This document shows positions 11,443-22,999 of a stretch of DNA of 64,000 bases, in pieces (the stretch's first letter is position 1; every line of letters starts with the position of its first letter). The notes below the pieces were generated by a model. The model searched no databases. It had not been told where the DNA came from and saw only the letters and a list, made by a program, of their open reading frames with translations. Source of the DNA: Perkinsela sp. CCAP 1560/9 (Eukaryota; Protista; Euglenozoa: Kinetoplastea); assembly GCA_965644495.1 (NCBI GenBank), contig CBFFSA010000016.1, positions 124,001 to 188,000 of the forward strand, given 5' to 3'. Position numbers and translations under genes: made by a program.

Positions 11443-12885
11443 TTAGAAGATACAGCTCTGGCTCATTGATCTTTTATTATTAGATTCTTTCTTTCGCACT
11501 CTATGCATTACAGCCATGACCAGTCGTTTCCAAGGCAACCCAAAGCTTAGGTACAGTAAAGCGTTTATCCAAAGCGCCATACCTACAATAAAAAGTGACG
11601 CAAAGCGAAAAACATTTTTGGTGAATCTGTTTTTTAGAGATGCATGCCAAAAAAATGCTCTGATCTGATGAAGATATATCCAAGCATCCGATTTGGGTTG
11701 AGAATGCTGATCACCGTATACCACGCCCTGAAGCACATGATTTTTCTTATAGGTCCTATGATTGAGGTGAGACGTTGAATTGGTATGCAAAGAGAGATCA
11801 ATAAAGGAAGCACTCCGCCGGAACTCCTTGGAGGAGAGAAGTAAGCCGTTGTTTTCGGGGCTTCTCGTAGTATATAATTTACAATACATACTGTTGTAAT
11901 TCATATTATGCAACACCTTGCTGGAATATATCAAGTCGGAAACTGTGTTTTGCTCATCTCGCATTAACCATGGATGACACAATAATCTTCGAGCGCTCCA
12001 GCGGGCCTCATGATTGACTTGAAGCATTGATTTCAACATGTCAACAAGATCACACTCAAGCGAAGACGGAAACTTGATAGCACCACTTTTAATCCTTGAA
12101 AACAATCTTTCAGTGTCTTCTGCTACAAATGGCATTGTGCCTGTAGTTAGCGCATAGATACACACACCCGCGCTCCAGATATCAGAGGCAACACATGGAG
12201 GCTTTCCTTCCAAAACCTCAGGAGCAACATAGTGGGGTGATCCACAAATTTCGGAAATTTCGGAGTGCTGTAGTACGTCAATAGCAAAGCTGAAATCTGA
12301 AATTTTAAGAGTATTTCGTTTATCAAGTAAGAGGTTCTCTAGCTTAATATCCCGATGAGCAATGTTCTCTCCGTGTAAAGCGTTCAACCCAAGAAGAAGA
12401 TGACGCACATAATGTCGAAGAATAGCGACACGTATCTGCGAACCTTTGCTGCGTCGAAGTAATGTGCCATTGGAAGCGTATTCCATAACAATGTAGAAGT
12501 TACGTGCGGACTGCAGAATCATAACTGGGTGTATCAAATGCCGAGAACGGGGAATACGTTTGAGCACCTCCACTTCTCGCATAAATGTTGTCTTTGCACC
12601 TAGCTGTTGTAACCTATTTTTACTTACTACTTTGATTGCATACGAGCCCGACGAATCTTGGTCTCCAATGTACCTACATTTGTACACAACACTGAAAGAG
12701 CCTGTGCCAATCGGGGCTCCTATTAAAAAATCGCCGATTCTTCTAAATTTCGCTGTACTCGCCGAACAACTCACGTCTGAAGAGCTCGCGCTGGACGAAC
12801 TCATGCTCTGCAGTTTCCTTCTTCGCGCACTAGTGGCAAGCTCAGCAGTCGGTAGGTAGTGCTCTACTTCAACTCCGTGCTTCAA
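11443..12885 (-). CDS. Ser/Thr protein kinase (CAMK/SNF1-like) with a C-terminal hydrophobic segment
   Basis: IGTGSFSVV, YAIKVV, HRDIKLENLLL, KISDFS, CGSPHYVAPE, DIWSAG; C-terminal FASLFIVGMALWINALLYLSFGL. Confidence 0.88.
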   Translation of the reverse strand: MKHGVEVEHYLPTAELATSARRRKLQSMSSSSASSSDVSCSASTAKFRRIGDFLIGAPIGTGSFSVVYKCRYIGDQDSSGSYAIKVVSKNRLQQLGAKTTFMREVEVLKRIPRSRHLIHPVMILQSARNFYIVMEYASNGTLLRRSKGSQIRVAILRHYVRHLLLGLNALHGENIAHRDIKLENLLLDKRNTLKISDFSFAIDVLQHSEISEICGSPHYVAPEVLEGKPPCVASDIWSAGVCIYALTTGTMPFVAEDTERLFSRIKSGAIKFPSSLECDLVDMLKSMLQVNHEARWSARRLLCHPWLMRDEQNTVSDLIYSSKVLHNMNYNSMYCKLYTTRSPENNGLLLSSKEFRRSASFIDLSLHTNSTSHLNHRTYKKNHVLQGVVYGDQHSQPKSDAWIYLHQIRAFFWHASLKNRFTKNVFRFASLFIVGMALWINALLYLSFGLPWKRLVMAVMHRVRKKESNNKRSMSQSCIF

Positions 12886-12996
12886 TAAATGTGTATAAGC
12901 ATCTTGTTGAGACTGATCTTATTTCGAAATAAAACGAAACAACATAATGCGATATTTTAGGTACCTCCGAAAAGCAGTATCTCATAAGTAGTATAC

Positions 12997-14385
12997 GGGG
13001 AACTTTACCCCTAAATGATATTTTAACCCCTTAATGACATTTTTACCCCTTAATGACATTTTTATCCCTTAATGATATTTCTAGGTGAAAAGGGACTTTT
13101 TTCCCCCAAAAAACAAAATTGTAAAATGTTTGTTTGCAGTAGTAATATGTTCTACAGTGTTCTACAGACTTTTCCATCATTATTTTTCGCTTACTAAGCA
13201 ATAAAACTGAATGAACTTTGATTGCGATGGATGCGAAACGTTTGATTGCGTTAATGGTCTAAAGGTCATGGAGTTAGGAAAAGTGAAAGATGCAATAATA
13301 AACAAGTGGGCCCGTCGACACGGTTTAACGTATGTATCACCACTTTGCCCGAAATGTAAAAATCATACCATGTCTTTAATGAAGGAAGGGGGACGCAAGT
13401 GCTTCCTATGCCCTTCTCGGTGTAGGAAAAGACTTCCTTTCGAAGGCCTGTACATACCATCTGGGCGAGGTCAACGATCATCCGTAAGGATCTGAATCAT
13501 CCGTTTAAGGAACTGATTTTCACCTTGATTGCGATGCATCGAGGGACCACGCGCAAAGCGATATGTGAAGAAGCAGGTGCTGACCCAAAGACTATTACAC
13601 GCCTCACGCAAACTTTGGATTATGGAATCGCCTTCGTCGCTTGGCTGCGCATGTCACTTCCCGAAAACTGGAGCGATGTCCAGGCCGATGAAGTCGCCGT
13701 GTCAAAGCGAAAGTATGAAAGAGGACATCGTGCAAGACGTGGCGGTGTCCAATGGAGTGAAAATGTGTGCAGGATTGAGGAAATCGATGGTAACAAGAAA
13801 ATTACGGACTTCTGTATCTCCACCCTTCCGAATCGGAAAGCAACAAGTGTAATTCCTGTGATCGACAAGACCTCCTCGCACAGTACCGTCACAACAGACA
13901 GTTTTCGTGCTTATAATGGCGTGAAAACAAGGTCTCGTATGCATCTAAAGGTGAACCACAAGACGGAAGGATTCAAGTCACAAGAAGGAATACATACGAA
14001 CCACGTGGAACGCGCAAACGGTCTTTGGAAAGACTCTATTCGAGTAGCGTGAAGTCGTCTCCCGATCAGGGGTCGCTCGCGCGAGCCCCGCTAAATAGGG
14101 GGGGAAGGTGGTAGTTGTGGGGTATGGAGGCCTTCACGCAACTCCGGGGCCTCACCGGGAACAAAAATGAGACACTGGCTCCAGTATTTTAGGCAAATTA
14201 AGTTTAGACTCAATTTTTCTCTTAAAACCACCTCTCTATCCTCGATTACCATTGGAAGGCGCTTTCGCAATTTTTTTTGCAAAACACTCCTTAGGTGATG
14301 AAAATGTCATTAAGGGGTAAACATGTCATTAATGGGGAAAAATGTCATTATGGGGTTAAAATGTCAATGTGGGGTAAAAATGGCC
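12997..14385 (+). mobile_element. Merlin (IS1595/ISXO2-like) DNA transposon with frameshifted transposase (13211-13495 + 13525-14052)
   Basis: Zn-ribbon CPKC...CPSRC; VQADEVAVSKRKYERG, TTDSFRAY, HLKVNH, HTNHVE; GG...CC ends; inverted subterminal ~19-bp tandem repeats (TTTTACCCCTTAATGACAT); 9-bp flanks GTAGTATAC / ATAGTATAC. Confidence 0.88.
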
Positions 14386-15050
14386 ATAGTATACTAATGT
14401 ACTATGGTAATAAAATGCATAATGTACTATAGTCATACGTTGTAGTTCCGGGAACCTACCTCTGGTTCTGTTCTGGGAACACAGGGAACACCGCTCCGGG
14501 AGGAGAGAGACACGGATATTTTATAAACTGCAGACTAACATTTCTAACTGTAAACTAGAGATTTCTCGCCTAACTATCGAGTTCCATACCCTGGACTACT
14601 ATAATAGTATAAAAGTTTATACTAAAACTAACTTCTAGACTCCTTCTCCACGACATGTCCCTATATCACTACTTATCATTACGTAATATGAAATTTGTCT
14701 GACCTTTATGTTGGCGAACTAATTCCTCATCAGAGAATCTAAGCTCTTGCCAATAGCCTTAGCATAGTGGCCGATATCAGTGAATATGAGACCGCATATG
14801 AAGGTTTGAACGAAGTGACAAGGAATTAATTACACAGTGGAGGAATATGACGACAGAAAGCGATCTAGCAAAATCATTTGCAGCCGCCTATAAATGCATT
14901 TGCAGACTATGTTGCTTTAGATAATGGCACCTTCGAATCACAAAGCAGTATTCCCACGGCAATCGCTCCTGGGAGCGAGTTTTCGGATGAAGAGGACACC
15001 TCAGAGGTACACGACTTCATAGAGAATGCAAATATGGTTCCAGCACAAGT

Positions 15051-16568
15051 TCAGTGATCCGCATGAATATATTTCCACAAATCATCGACTTTAGATGGCT
15101 GAGATCGGGTGCAATGAATGTGCAATTCAGAGTCCGTATGGCTAATGATGACGGTCACATACTCAGGATAGGTAAACTCGATCAATGAGTCATTGGATGA
15201 TAGTTTCATCGTTGTACAGATCCCTAATTTGGGGATATAAACATCGCATGTTTGATTTCCATGTATGCCGCACAATACCCCGGGTACAGAAAATTTATTT
15301 TTCTCACTTAACATAGATTTTCGAAACGTTTCGATCTGATCGAGTGCCTCAATGTGATCCGCAATGGCCGACAACTGCGTAACCCTGGCACTAAGAGGCG
15401 TAAGTGATTTCATGTTTATTGTTGGCATCCCACACAAATAACTACAGGCTTGATACAACGTAATAGCGTCCGAGAGAGTGTGTGAAGGCTCTGTGACGGA
15501 TAGAGAGTGGCCTTTGGGGGAATACAAAGTTGTACAAATCCCTTTTTGTTGTTGAAGCTTCTGATCTACGGCCTTAAGAAACGTGGAATGAAGTGAAGGA
15601 TATGTCCCGTTGGTGTGTCGTAGAAGCGTTGATATCTTCTTCGCACAGAACCAGGTGTATAATTGATGATTAAAAGCAGCTAACAAGAACGGAATCGCTT
15701 GTATCTTCCTGAACTGTAGATTTTTAGTTAGTTGTGAACTCACCACTTCGTTGGAAAATATCTTTGCTCGTTCGCCCATGGATTGAATTAAACGAAGCGC
15801 TCGTCTATCTGCATCACCAGCCCACAGGGGCGTCTGGGCTACTTCCTCATCATTAGAAGTGAGTGCTACCCATTCTGACGGTTTGAGAACAATGAAATTA
15901 CGTGTCTTGGCTACTTTAAGTTCAAAGTCGTGTACTCCTCCCTGCAGATCAATTGTAAACGAGGCCGCTAGAACATTTTGAAATGGGTTTTGATTGCAGA
16001 GTTCATTGGACCAAGAGCAATAATTGGGTATCATAGGCGTTATGGACGTGGCACGTCTTACAGACCGGCACGAATTGATCCATGGGAGTTTAACGTCGCC
16101 ATGGCAGATTGGTCCTTCTTTGTATTTTTTAAAAGGTGGACAACAAATTGCAATGGTAATTCGCGGGTTGGAGTATTTGCCAGATGGAGCGTGGGGAAGA
16201 CGAGTAGGACAAATGCTTACTCCAAAGTCAGAGGTATAAGTTCCATTGTTCACTGCGTATATCCGCTGTGTTAACTCAGATTTTACACGTTCATCAAATA
16301 CACCCCCACTAGCAGTGGAAATTGTCAAATCCGAAAGTAGTTCACCATCAGAAAATTGGGACGAAGGATCGCATATTTCTTCTTTTTTGTTTGTTCCTTG
16401 TGTTACCTTGTTCGGACGCGAAAACCCAGAGCAAGCCGTATCCAGCGTCTCTACAACTCCGTAAGGAGCGACTCGTCCATGTGGAAGTATGTGACCATAT
16501 TTCTTAAGTATGGACGCATCCAAAGAGATCCACCCAAGCCTGTAAGCAGCGAACAAAGCGGGATTCAT
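15051..16568 (-). CDS. Hypothetical protein, possibly a degenerate RNase II (RNB)-like fold
   Basis: 505-aa ATG ORF on the cluster strand; C-terminal SVTEPSHTLSDAITLYQ followed by a beta-rich tail loosely recalls an RNB end plus S1 (weak). Confidence 0.55.
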   Translation of the reverse strand: MNPALFAAYRLGWISLDASILKKYGHILPHGRVAPYGVVETLDTACSGFSRPNKVTQGTNKKEEICDPSSQFSDGELLSDLTISTASGGVFDERVKSELTQRIYAVNNGTYTSDFGVSICPTRLPHAPSGKYSNPRITIAICCPPFKKYKEGPICHGDVKLPWINSCRSVRRATSITPMIPNYCSWSNELCNQNPFQNVLAASFTIDLQGGVHDFELKVAKTRNFIVLKPSEWVALTSNDEEVAQTPLWAGDADRRALRLIQSMGERAKIFSNEVVSSQLTKNLQFRKIQAIPFLLAAFNHQLYTWFCAKKISTLLRHTNGTYPSLHSTFLKAVDQKLQQQKGICTTLYSPKGHSLSVTEPSHTLSDAITLYQACSYLCGMPTINMKSLTPLSARVTQLSAIADHIEALDQIETFRKSMLSEKNKFSVPGVLCGIHGNQTCDVYIPKLGICTTMKLSSNDSLIEFTYPEYVTVIISHTDSELHIHCTRSQPSKVDDLWKYIHADH

Positions 16569-16827
16569 ATATTCGTAAGGACAAGAAGTTCATGGATATT
16601 TTTTATGGATATTTATGGAATCGCAGACAATATTTTTCTAATTTATCTCAAAAAGAAGCGCACCTTTTTATAATTCGATGTGGAGATTTAAAATCTTGGA
16701 GACAAAGGAAATCATGAAAGCCACTTCGTAATGCCCCCTTTGCGAAATCGTTGACAAACACAAAACCAAATCGCCGTGTTCCGTATATTTTCGCATTTTA
16801 TTGGACCAAGCTCTTCCCCCTACTGGG

Positions 16828-17295
16828 TCACGCGTCACCCGTTTCTTCCCTATGGTGCCCTGTACTTCTGGATTCAGCTTCGAGTAAATCTAGATATTTG
16901 GTCTTGTACTTCCATGGCGCTTCACCTGTATTAACCTCACACCTCCTACGTCGAAATATTTTTTCTGCCGACTTCGCATCTCCTAGAACGGCGGCCTTTA
17001 GAAGAGTAATGAACGCTTCATGACAGTCAGCAGGCGTAGGATCTGCAAATCCGATGTAATGTATGTTTGTGCTTCTGAAAGTACACTTGACGAATTCTTT
17101 CAGACCTTTCGAAATCGATAATGTTTCGTCTAGTCTTTCTTCTTTAGTTCTTACAAAAGGATACGGACCGGGAAATTCGTAGCAACGAAGCCAACTGCCG
17201 CCATACATTATTTGTGGGGAGGAAGCATTGTAACTGTTTGTCGAATCAAAAATGTCAATGCTTAGACAGAATGGCTGTCCAATTCTACTAAACAC
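16828..17295 (-). CDS. Hypothetical protein
   Basis: 155-aa ORF (probable ATG at MYGGSWLR) on the cluster strand, protein-like composition. Confidence 0.5.
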   Translation of the reverse strand: MFSRIGQPFCLSIDIFDSTNSYNASSPQIMYGGSWLRCYEFPGPYPFVRTKEERLDETLSISKGLKEFVKCTFRSTNIHYIGFADPTPADCHEAFITLLKAAVLGDAKSAEKIFRRRRCEVNTGEAPWKYKTKYLDLLEAESRSTGHHREETGDA

Positions 17296-17457
17296 TAAAT
17301 AGGGGGAAGGTAATACTTTGCACTACATCGCTGATCTAAATTTTTTATTATAATAAGGATTAGGATCCAAATAAGAAATCCAGAATAAGGATCTGAAGTG
17401 AACAAGACGGGAAATAGAAATATCCTTTTAACATTGTTTTGTTTGATCAAAAAAAAC

Positions 17458-19488
17458 TTATATTTCAAAGTTAGTAAGAATGGAATTTGATTTTAATTCT
17501 TTTTCAGGTATAGATGAAGGCGCACCGGCTCGTGAGTTTGCACATATGGTAAGAAGATTTGAGTCCTCCCGGAAAGTGCAAGAAGGCATAATGTTCAGTA
17601 CAGAATCAAACGAAGAAGAGCCTGATGTCCATAGGGTTTCGATACCAAGACTCCGCCTTTGGGTATTTTTGCCTTGTTCAAATTGCTTCCAAGTAGAGAA
17701 CTCCAAGGAAGTTCCAATATTTCGACGAATAACTTCCAAAACGGAGTTTTTCTTTTTGGAAGGATACCTTCGATTTTCTGTATTCTCTGGCGCATTGTAT
17801 CGCTGGTGAAGAATATTTCCAAGTTGTCGTGCTGCATGTAGCAAAGGAAATGTTGAAATGGACCCAGAAAGCGTAGTACATGCCTGATGCAAAGATTGTT
17901 TTGTTTGGCAGAAGTCAGATACAGACGAATGACTTAAATCGTCAACAACTTCCATAACTTCAAGTGGTAAAATTGCGTGACTGCGTACAACAAGACAATA
18001 GTGCACCAGAGGATCGAGAGGGGGTTCCTCTGAAACAGGTGAGTATACGACCATTGCATTTGTGCAGTTGTTTGAAGTCATAGTTCGCTTTTTCCGTACC
18101 CCAAATAATAAGATATCTTCCACGCTAGGAGTGTACAATGCGGGAAGGAATTCAAACGAGGGGGAATACCCGTTTAATACAGTGGAAAAATACCACGCCA
18201 CTCCATTCAGATATACTTCAACGCTTTCTAATGAGACGGTCGATGATTTTTTCTCCATGGTTTTTATGAATGCTTCATGGGAAATCGAGATCGACTTGTC
18301 TAACGCATAGGCATACTTTTTCCTGCTCTTTCTTTCGTCTTTTAGAAGCAAACTGTGCTCTTTGCCAGTCTGAAGAAGCCACGATGAAAAGAAATCTAGT
18401 ATAGAATGTAATTTTACTCCCCATATTCGTCGTGGTGAAAACCATACCCATGTAGGAGGTTGACCCGAATCGATTTTGGAGGTTATAAACAGCGACTCTG
18501 TTTCATTGATCGCGGTCAGAGAACTGACGGAATCACTCAGACAACGATTTACGTACTCGAGGTAAAAAGTCCACATTGGAAGTATTGTTTGATCAAGTAC
18601 ACCACAGAGAATATCATTCGCACACATAGACATCAGGAATACGAAGTCAAGGCGAAGAATGCGTAATAGTTTGGTTTCCGGAACTGTGGGAACATTTTTA
18701 TTAATTCCTTCCATAGCTTTCGCTAGCCACGCCCGAAAAACGGATCCGACGCAAAGTAAGAGCTTTGACGATGTGTTCAATAATGTGAGATTATGCAGTG
18801 ATATGCTTGCTGCGCATATGATAAAAAGATCGCTATCTGAGCCCACGATTAAATGCTTTGCGTTTGATCCTCCGAGAATTTTAGACACGGAGCACTCGAA
18901 TAGTCTTTGGATAATTTTGTGTTCACCCTCCCCCGGAGAGTTAAAATCACTGACTACTGTGCACACGCTATTTTCAGTAGTTTCTCTACGCCGTTTTCTT
19001 GTTTTTCTGTGTGACGCCGTCCTCTCGTGCAAGAATATACTGACATGTTTACCGAGCCTTTTGGCAATCCAGTTCATCCATGGGCTTCCGGGACTAATGG
19101 TTTGTTTGACGATTGACTGCTTCAAGCGACGCATTCTCTGACTTGTAATTTTGGCCATAGCACCTGGCCCATCAAAGGCGAGCAACACGCTACATCTCGG
19201 AGGGTACTTCAATAAGATTTGTCGGATGTAATCCCATGTTTTGTTGAGCAACGTCATCATCAGTTGTGCGTCTCCATGCGACGATGAGTTCTCATCTCTA
19301 TCTATAAATATATTGTCCTTTAGAGAACACTTTGCATCTATAGATATCTCATTGAGCATTACATGGACCACCGCGTTCATATCAAAGTGGATGTGGTCGA
19401 ACCCCGTGCGAGTACTTTCCGGACCGAATGGAAGAGTACAGTGTTGGTACGTCCGGTACAAATACGCATTCAATCCGGGAATCCCCAT
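17458..19488 (-). CDS. XRN: XRN-family 5'-3' exoribonuclease
   Basis: MGIPGL, FDHIHFDMNAVVH, AFDGPGAMAKITSQRMRR, ISPGSPWM, SPGEGEHKI, GSDSDL, DFVFLMSMCANDIL. Confidence 0.9.
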   Translation of the reverse strand: MGIPGLNAYLYRTYQHCTLPFGPESTRTGFDHIHFDMNAVVHVMLNEISIDAKCSLKDNIFIDRDENSSSHGDAQLMMTLLNKTWDYIRQILLKYPPRCSVLLAFDGPGAMAKITSQRMRRLKQSIVKQTISPGSPWMNWIAKRLGKHVSIFLHERTASHRKTRKRRRETTENSVCTVVSDFNSPGEGEHKIIQRLFECSVSKILGGSNAKHLIVGSDSDLFIICAASISLHNLTLLNTSSKLLLCVGSVFRAWLAKAMEGINKNVPTVPETKLLRILRLDFVFLMSMCANDILCGVLDQTILPMWTFYLEYVNRCLSDSVSSLTAINETESLFITSKIDSGQPPTWVWFSPRRIWGVKLHSILDFFSSWLLQTGKEHSLLLKDERKSRKKYAYALDKSISISHEAFIKTMEKKSSTVSLESVEVYLNGVAWYFSTVLNGYSPSFEFLPALYTPSVEDILLFGVRKKRTMTSNNCTNAMVVYSPVSEEPPLDPLVHYCLVVRSHAILPLEVMEVVDDLSHSSVSDFCQTKQSLHQACTTLSGSISTFPLLHAARQLGNILHQRYNAPENTENRRYPSKKKNSVLEVIRRNIGTSLEFSTWKQFEQGKNTQRRSLGIETLWTSGSSSFDSVLNIMPSCTFREDSNLLTICANSRAGAPSSIPEKELKSNSILTNFEI

Positions 19489-19710
19489 TTCAAGTCTTCT
19501 TGCAGCAACTCACAAGGTGGAGTGACAGATTGTTTGCAGCGCGTTGGGCGTTTCTCTCGACCATGTAAAAATGTTGGTAAAGAACCTATTACGTGTAAAT
19601 ATTCTGTTGAGCAAGGATGTAGAAACTATTTCTTTTTTGTTTTAATTACTCCAAAATTTGCATCAGTACACGAACGCCACCTGTTTCACATGGACATGTA
19701 TTGTTTCACA

Positions 19711-21063
19711 TTACACAGTCAATAGCATACATAAAGGATTTTCCACGTATGCTTTGAATGAATTACAAAATCGCGTAAGACATGCACCATCCAAAACACG
19801 ATGATCTCCCACAAATGTTGCATTCAAGACGTGCGTCCTCGCGATGCGGCCTTTTGAGTTATATCTCGGAAGACACTGGATACGACTAAAGCTTGCCATA
19901 CAGACTTCGGAGGACGGAAGTCGGGGAAACGCCATTGTTGTTCCAATGGTTCCAATATTGGAGAGCGTCAGGGTGGTGTCATCCATATCCTCCCTGCGAA
20001 GCCTTTCCTCTTTTGCAAGTGTCACTAGCCGAGATACCTCCTGTGATATGGTATCCAACGATTTGCTTTCGACGTTCTTTATGTTTGGTACAACTAAGCC
20101 TGTGGGTCCATCGATCGCGATACCAATATTGTGATTCGGTTGAAGCTCAATGCAAGAATTCTTTAGAAGGCGACTGTTTATTATGGCGTGGTCTTTTATG
20201 GCTAACGAGATAGCTTTGACTAAGAAACTCATTAAAGTATAACGCCTCACAATCTCAGGAAGAATACTCGAAGAGCTTTCAAAAATGCGTGCGGCGCCTT
20301 TAATGTCCTTCCTAAATCGTATATAAGGATTCATTTCAATTTCATCCGTAATGCCGAAAGACGGAACCTTAAGACTTGCATTCATAGCTGTTAACATGGA
20401 ACGCTGTAGCACAGTCATGGGTACAACTCTTTTCCCCCTTCTATTCTCTTTAATCGAATTCTGTTCATCACATGTCAAACTAGTCGAGAAATCGGTTTCC
20501 CTTTTTATCTCAGATACGGTAGCATCGACATCTTTCATGGTAACATACCCCTTCGTTGAATAATTCGGAGTATCAAGTTTCACGCCTAGCTCTTGACACC
20601 TGCGTCTTGCGGCGGGAGTCGAAAGCACTTTTTGATAAGTGGTATCATGCTGGTCCTTTTCTGCTGTCAAGCACTTTGTTGAAAGGCTCTGGTTGCTGTT
20701 CTCTAGAACAACCTCCTCTGGCTGATCACTTACGGTCATATCGACTAATGGGCTACCAACTTTATGCCGGGACCCGGGGAAGGCATGTATTTGCTCGACA
20801 CGACCTGAATATTTAGCCGTTATCTCAACAGTGGCCTTGTCACTTCGGACCTCACAAAGGGGATCAAATTCCTTCACGTATTCATTAGGCTTTACATACC
20901 ACTTTAAGATCTCGACATCCGCAATGCCTTCCCCTATGTCGGTCAGTGGAACCGAAACTCGTTGTGCAGTGTCGAAACGAGTGTTTAGATGGCGCCGCTG
21001 ATGCCGTGCAACGAGCCTGTGCCCAATGCAGTACCATGTCAAGCTGGAAATTTGTTTTTTCAT
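19711..21063 (-). CDS. DBT: Dihydrolipoamide branched-chain acyltransferase (BCKDH E2)
   Basis: Lipoyl domain LTDIGEGI...EVRSDKATVEI; E3-binding STPAARR; catalytic TLSNIG and DHRVLDG; first ATG at 21063 (MKKQISS). Confidence 0.92.
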   Translation of the reverse strand: MKKQISSLTWYCIGHRLVARHQRRHLNTRFDTAQRVSVPLTDIGEGIADVEILKWYVKPNEYVKEFDPLCEVRSDKATVEITAKYSGRVEQIHAFPGSRHKVGSPLVDMTVSDQPEEVVLENSNQSLSTKCLTAEKDQHDTTYQKVLSTPAARRRCQELGVKLDTPNYSTKGYVTMKDVDATVSEIKRETDFSTSLTCDEQNSIKENRRGKRVVPMTVLQRSMLTAMNASLKVPSFGITDEIEMNPYIRFRKDIKGAARIFESSSSILPEIVRRYTLMSFLVKAISLAIKDHAIINSRLLKNSCIELQPNHNIGIAIDGPTGLVVPNIKNVESKSLDTISQEVSRLVTLAKEERLRREDMDDTTLTLSNIGTIGTTMAFPRLPSSEVCMASFSRIQCLPRYNSKGRIARTHVLNATFVGDHRVLDGACLTRFCNSFKAYVENPLCMLLTV

Positions 21064-21461
21064 TACGGTAGAACGAAAACCGAGTCGTCTAAAAACTAAT
21101 GTTAGTGACCTGTTAGATTTGCTGATAACTGAGTAACTATTATCGAATCTCCAAAGTACAATAAATCGGTGAGAAAAAGTTCTAAAAATGTATCGCAGTA
21201 CAACAAAGCAACTACAATTCTGTACAGCAAAAACAATGAAAAAAGAGACCAACAAACTGCTACATCCAGCATAACGAAATCCAGGGCATGTGTGAATTGA
21301 ACTTCTACATACGAAATAGATCAATTACATTCGCCGACGGATCGCTACACTACGGTCGCTCACCGTACTCGACAAAAAACCTCACATCCACACATCCCGT
21401 CAAAAAAGTTACTCGCCCCTCAACCGGTGTCTCACCCCAACCCCTCCCCCTCTCCCCCCCT

Positions 21462-22787
21462 TTACAAACTCGAAAACGACCAATCCAAATACGCCGGAGC
21501 CATGGACGGTGATCGTCCCTCCCTCCCCCCTATCCCCACCCCCCCTCCAGGGGTCCCCATCTCCCGCTCCCCGTACCCCACCCCGTTGGCCCCCGAGCCC
21601 CCCCGACACCCCGAGCCCCCCCTCCCCGCGGCCTCCACGCCCACAGGGGACCGCGAGGGGAGGCCGCGGAAGAAGTGCGGGGTGAGCACGCAGGGGCGGG
21701 AGAGGGCCATCTCGGGGGACATCGAGGACGGGAGGGGGAAGCCACTGAAGGGGGTCGGGGCACTGCCGTAGTAGGGCACGGTGCCGTGAGGGAACACCGA
21801 CTCGTGGGGGTAAGGGGTAGGGGGATACTCCGGGTGGGTACTCCTTGTTGTGGGGGTTGTCGCACGCAGAGGGAAGAGGGTCCCGGGGGCGTAGGGGAGG
21901 GGGGAGGCCGCGCGAGTCGTCGGGGTAGTCGTCGTAAGGAGAGGGGGGTAGGGGATAGGGCGGAGATAGGGTGGGGGGTGGGGGGGAGGAGGGGGGGCGT
22001 AGGGGTGTGTTCGTGAGGAGAGGGAGGCTCGACGACGTTGGGGGGTGAACCCGACGTCTTCGAGGGTGAAGGCATCCACGGGGTCGGGACAGGTCCCGAT
22101 GGGGGGTGGGGTGGGGGTGGGGGAGGGGTGGGATTTGGTTTCGGGGCGGGGAGGGGTGGGGGAGAGTGGGGAAAGGGTTTCGCTAGGAGACTCGTGGGAG
22201 GATCCCACGTTGTTGACTTGAATGAGTTCACGCATTTGTTGAATCTCGTGGAGGAGATTAGATTCGTTTTCCGCGGGATCGATGGAGGTGGCACTTCCCA
22301 ACTCTTTAAAGGTCAAGAAATTTTTATTTTGCATGAGAGTAGGGTCGGATACGGGGTCCCACAGGTGTAGAGTTCTTCTCCATTCCGCGACCCTCGTGTC
22401 CCATTTTCGTTTGCTAATCTTCATGTCGGGAGGCGGGGTGACCGGATGAAGAGGATTACCGAACTGCCGATCACTGGGAGGTACAAGCCTTCGGTAGTTT
22501 TCGTAGCCATGCGTAACTTTTCCGAAAGCTATCTGCTTTCTCCTTTGCTGCAGTCGACGCGCGTCGGTTTCAACGGCGTCCTCTTTATTCAAATGAGTTT
22601 CGCCAAACGTTTTCAGTCGTTTGGCCAGCAGTCCATTAGAAAAATTAGTCAGAAGGGGTGTAGGTTTTTTATCTTGGATGGGGTCTTTCTCCGTATTATC
22701 ACTTGGCTGCTCTGTTGTTTTTTCGACGATGCTAGTCGCAATTGGTTGATCAGCTTCTTCCATATTCTGAGTTTCATGATTGCTCAT
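21462..22787 (-). CDS. SLBP: Histone RNA hairpin (stem-loop)-binding protein domain with a long Pro/Gly-rich C-terminus
   Basis: ETDARRLQQRRKQIAFGKVTHGYENY...HPVTP...ISKRKWDTRVAEWRRTLHLWDP. Confidence 0.88.
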   Translation of the reverse strand: MSNHETQNMEEADQPIATSIVEKTTEQPSDNTEKDPIQDKKPTPLLTNFSNGLLAKRLKTFGETHLNKEDAVETDARRLQQRRKQIAFGKVTHGYENYRRLVPPSDRQFGNPLHPVTPPPDMKISKRKWDTRVAEWRRTLHLWDPVSDPTLMQNKNFLTFKELGSATSIDPAENESNLLHEIQQMRELIQVNNVGSSHESPSETLSPLSPTPPRPETKSHPSPTPTPPPIGTCPDPVDAFTLEDVGFTPQRRRASLSSRTHPYAPPPPPHPPPYLRPIPYPPLLTTTTPTTRAASPLPYAPGTLFPLRATTPTTRSTHPEYPPTPYPHESVFPHGTVPYYGSAPTPFSGFPLPSSMSPEMALSRPCVLTPHFFRGLPSRSPVGVEAAGRGGSGCRGGSGANGVGYGEREMGTPGGGVGIGGREGRSPSMAPAYLDWSFSSL

Positions 22788-22999
22788 GTGAGCGGGAAAT
22801 ATTCACAATAGTTTGAACGATATGTATAGAGGAAAAAGGCGATAAACAAAATATGAAATTGAGAAAAAAGAAACAGTTCCAAAGGTGCCACCCCCACATG
22901 CAGTGTCGCGCACACATGTATAGTGTCGCGAGTTTTTAAGAAACAGCGCTAGTCCACTTCATAGAGGGGGGTAACGCGTCGGAGGCAAATCGGCAGAAT

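Noticed and set aside
19711-21324. N-terminal 87-aa extension of DBT
   Set aside because: Starts at a non-ATG codon and reads through U-rich intergenic sequence; first ATG is at 21063
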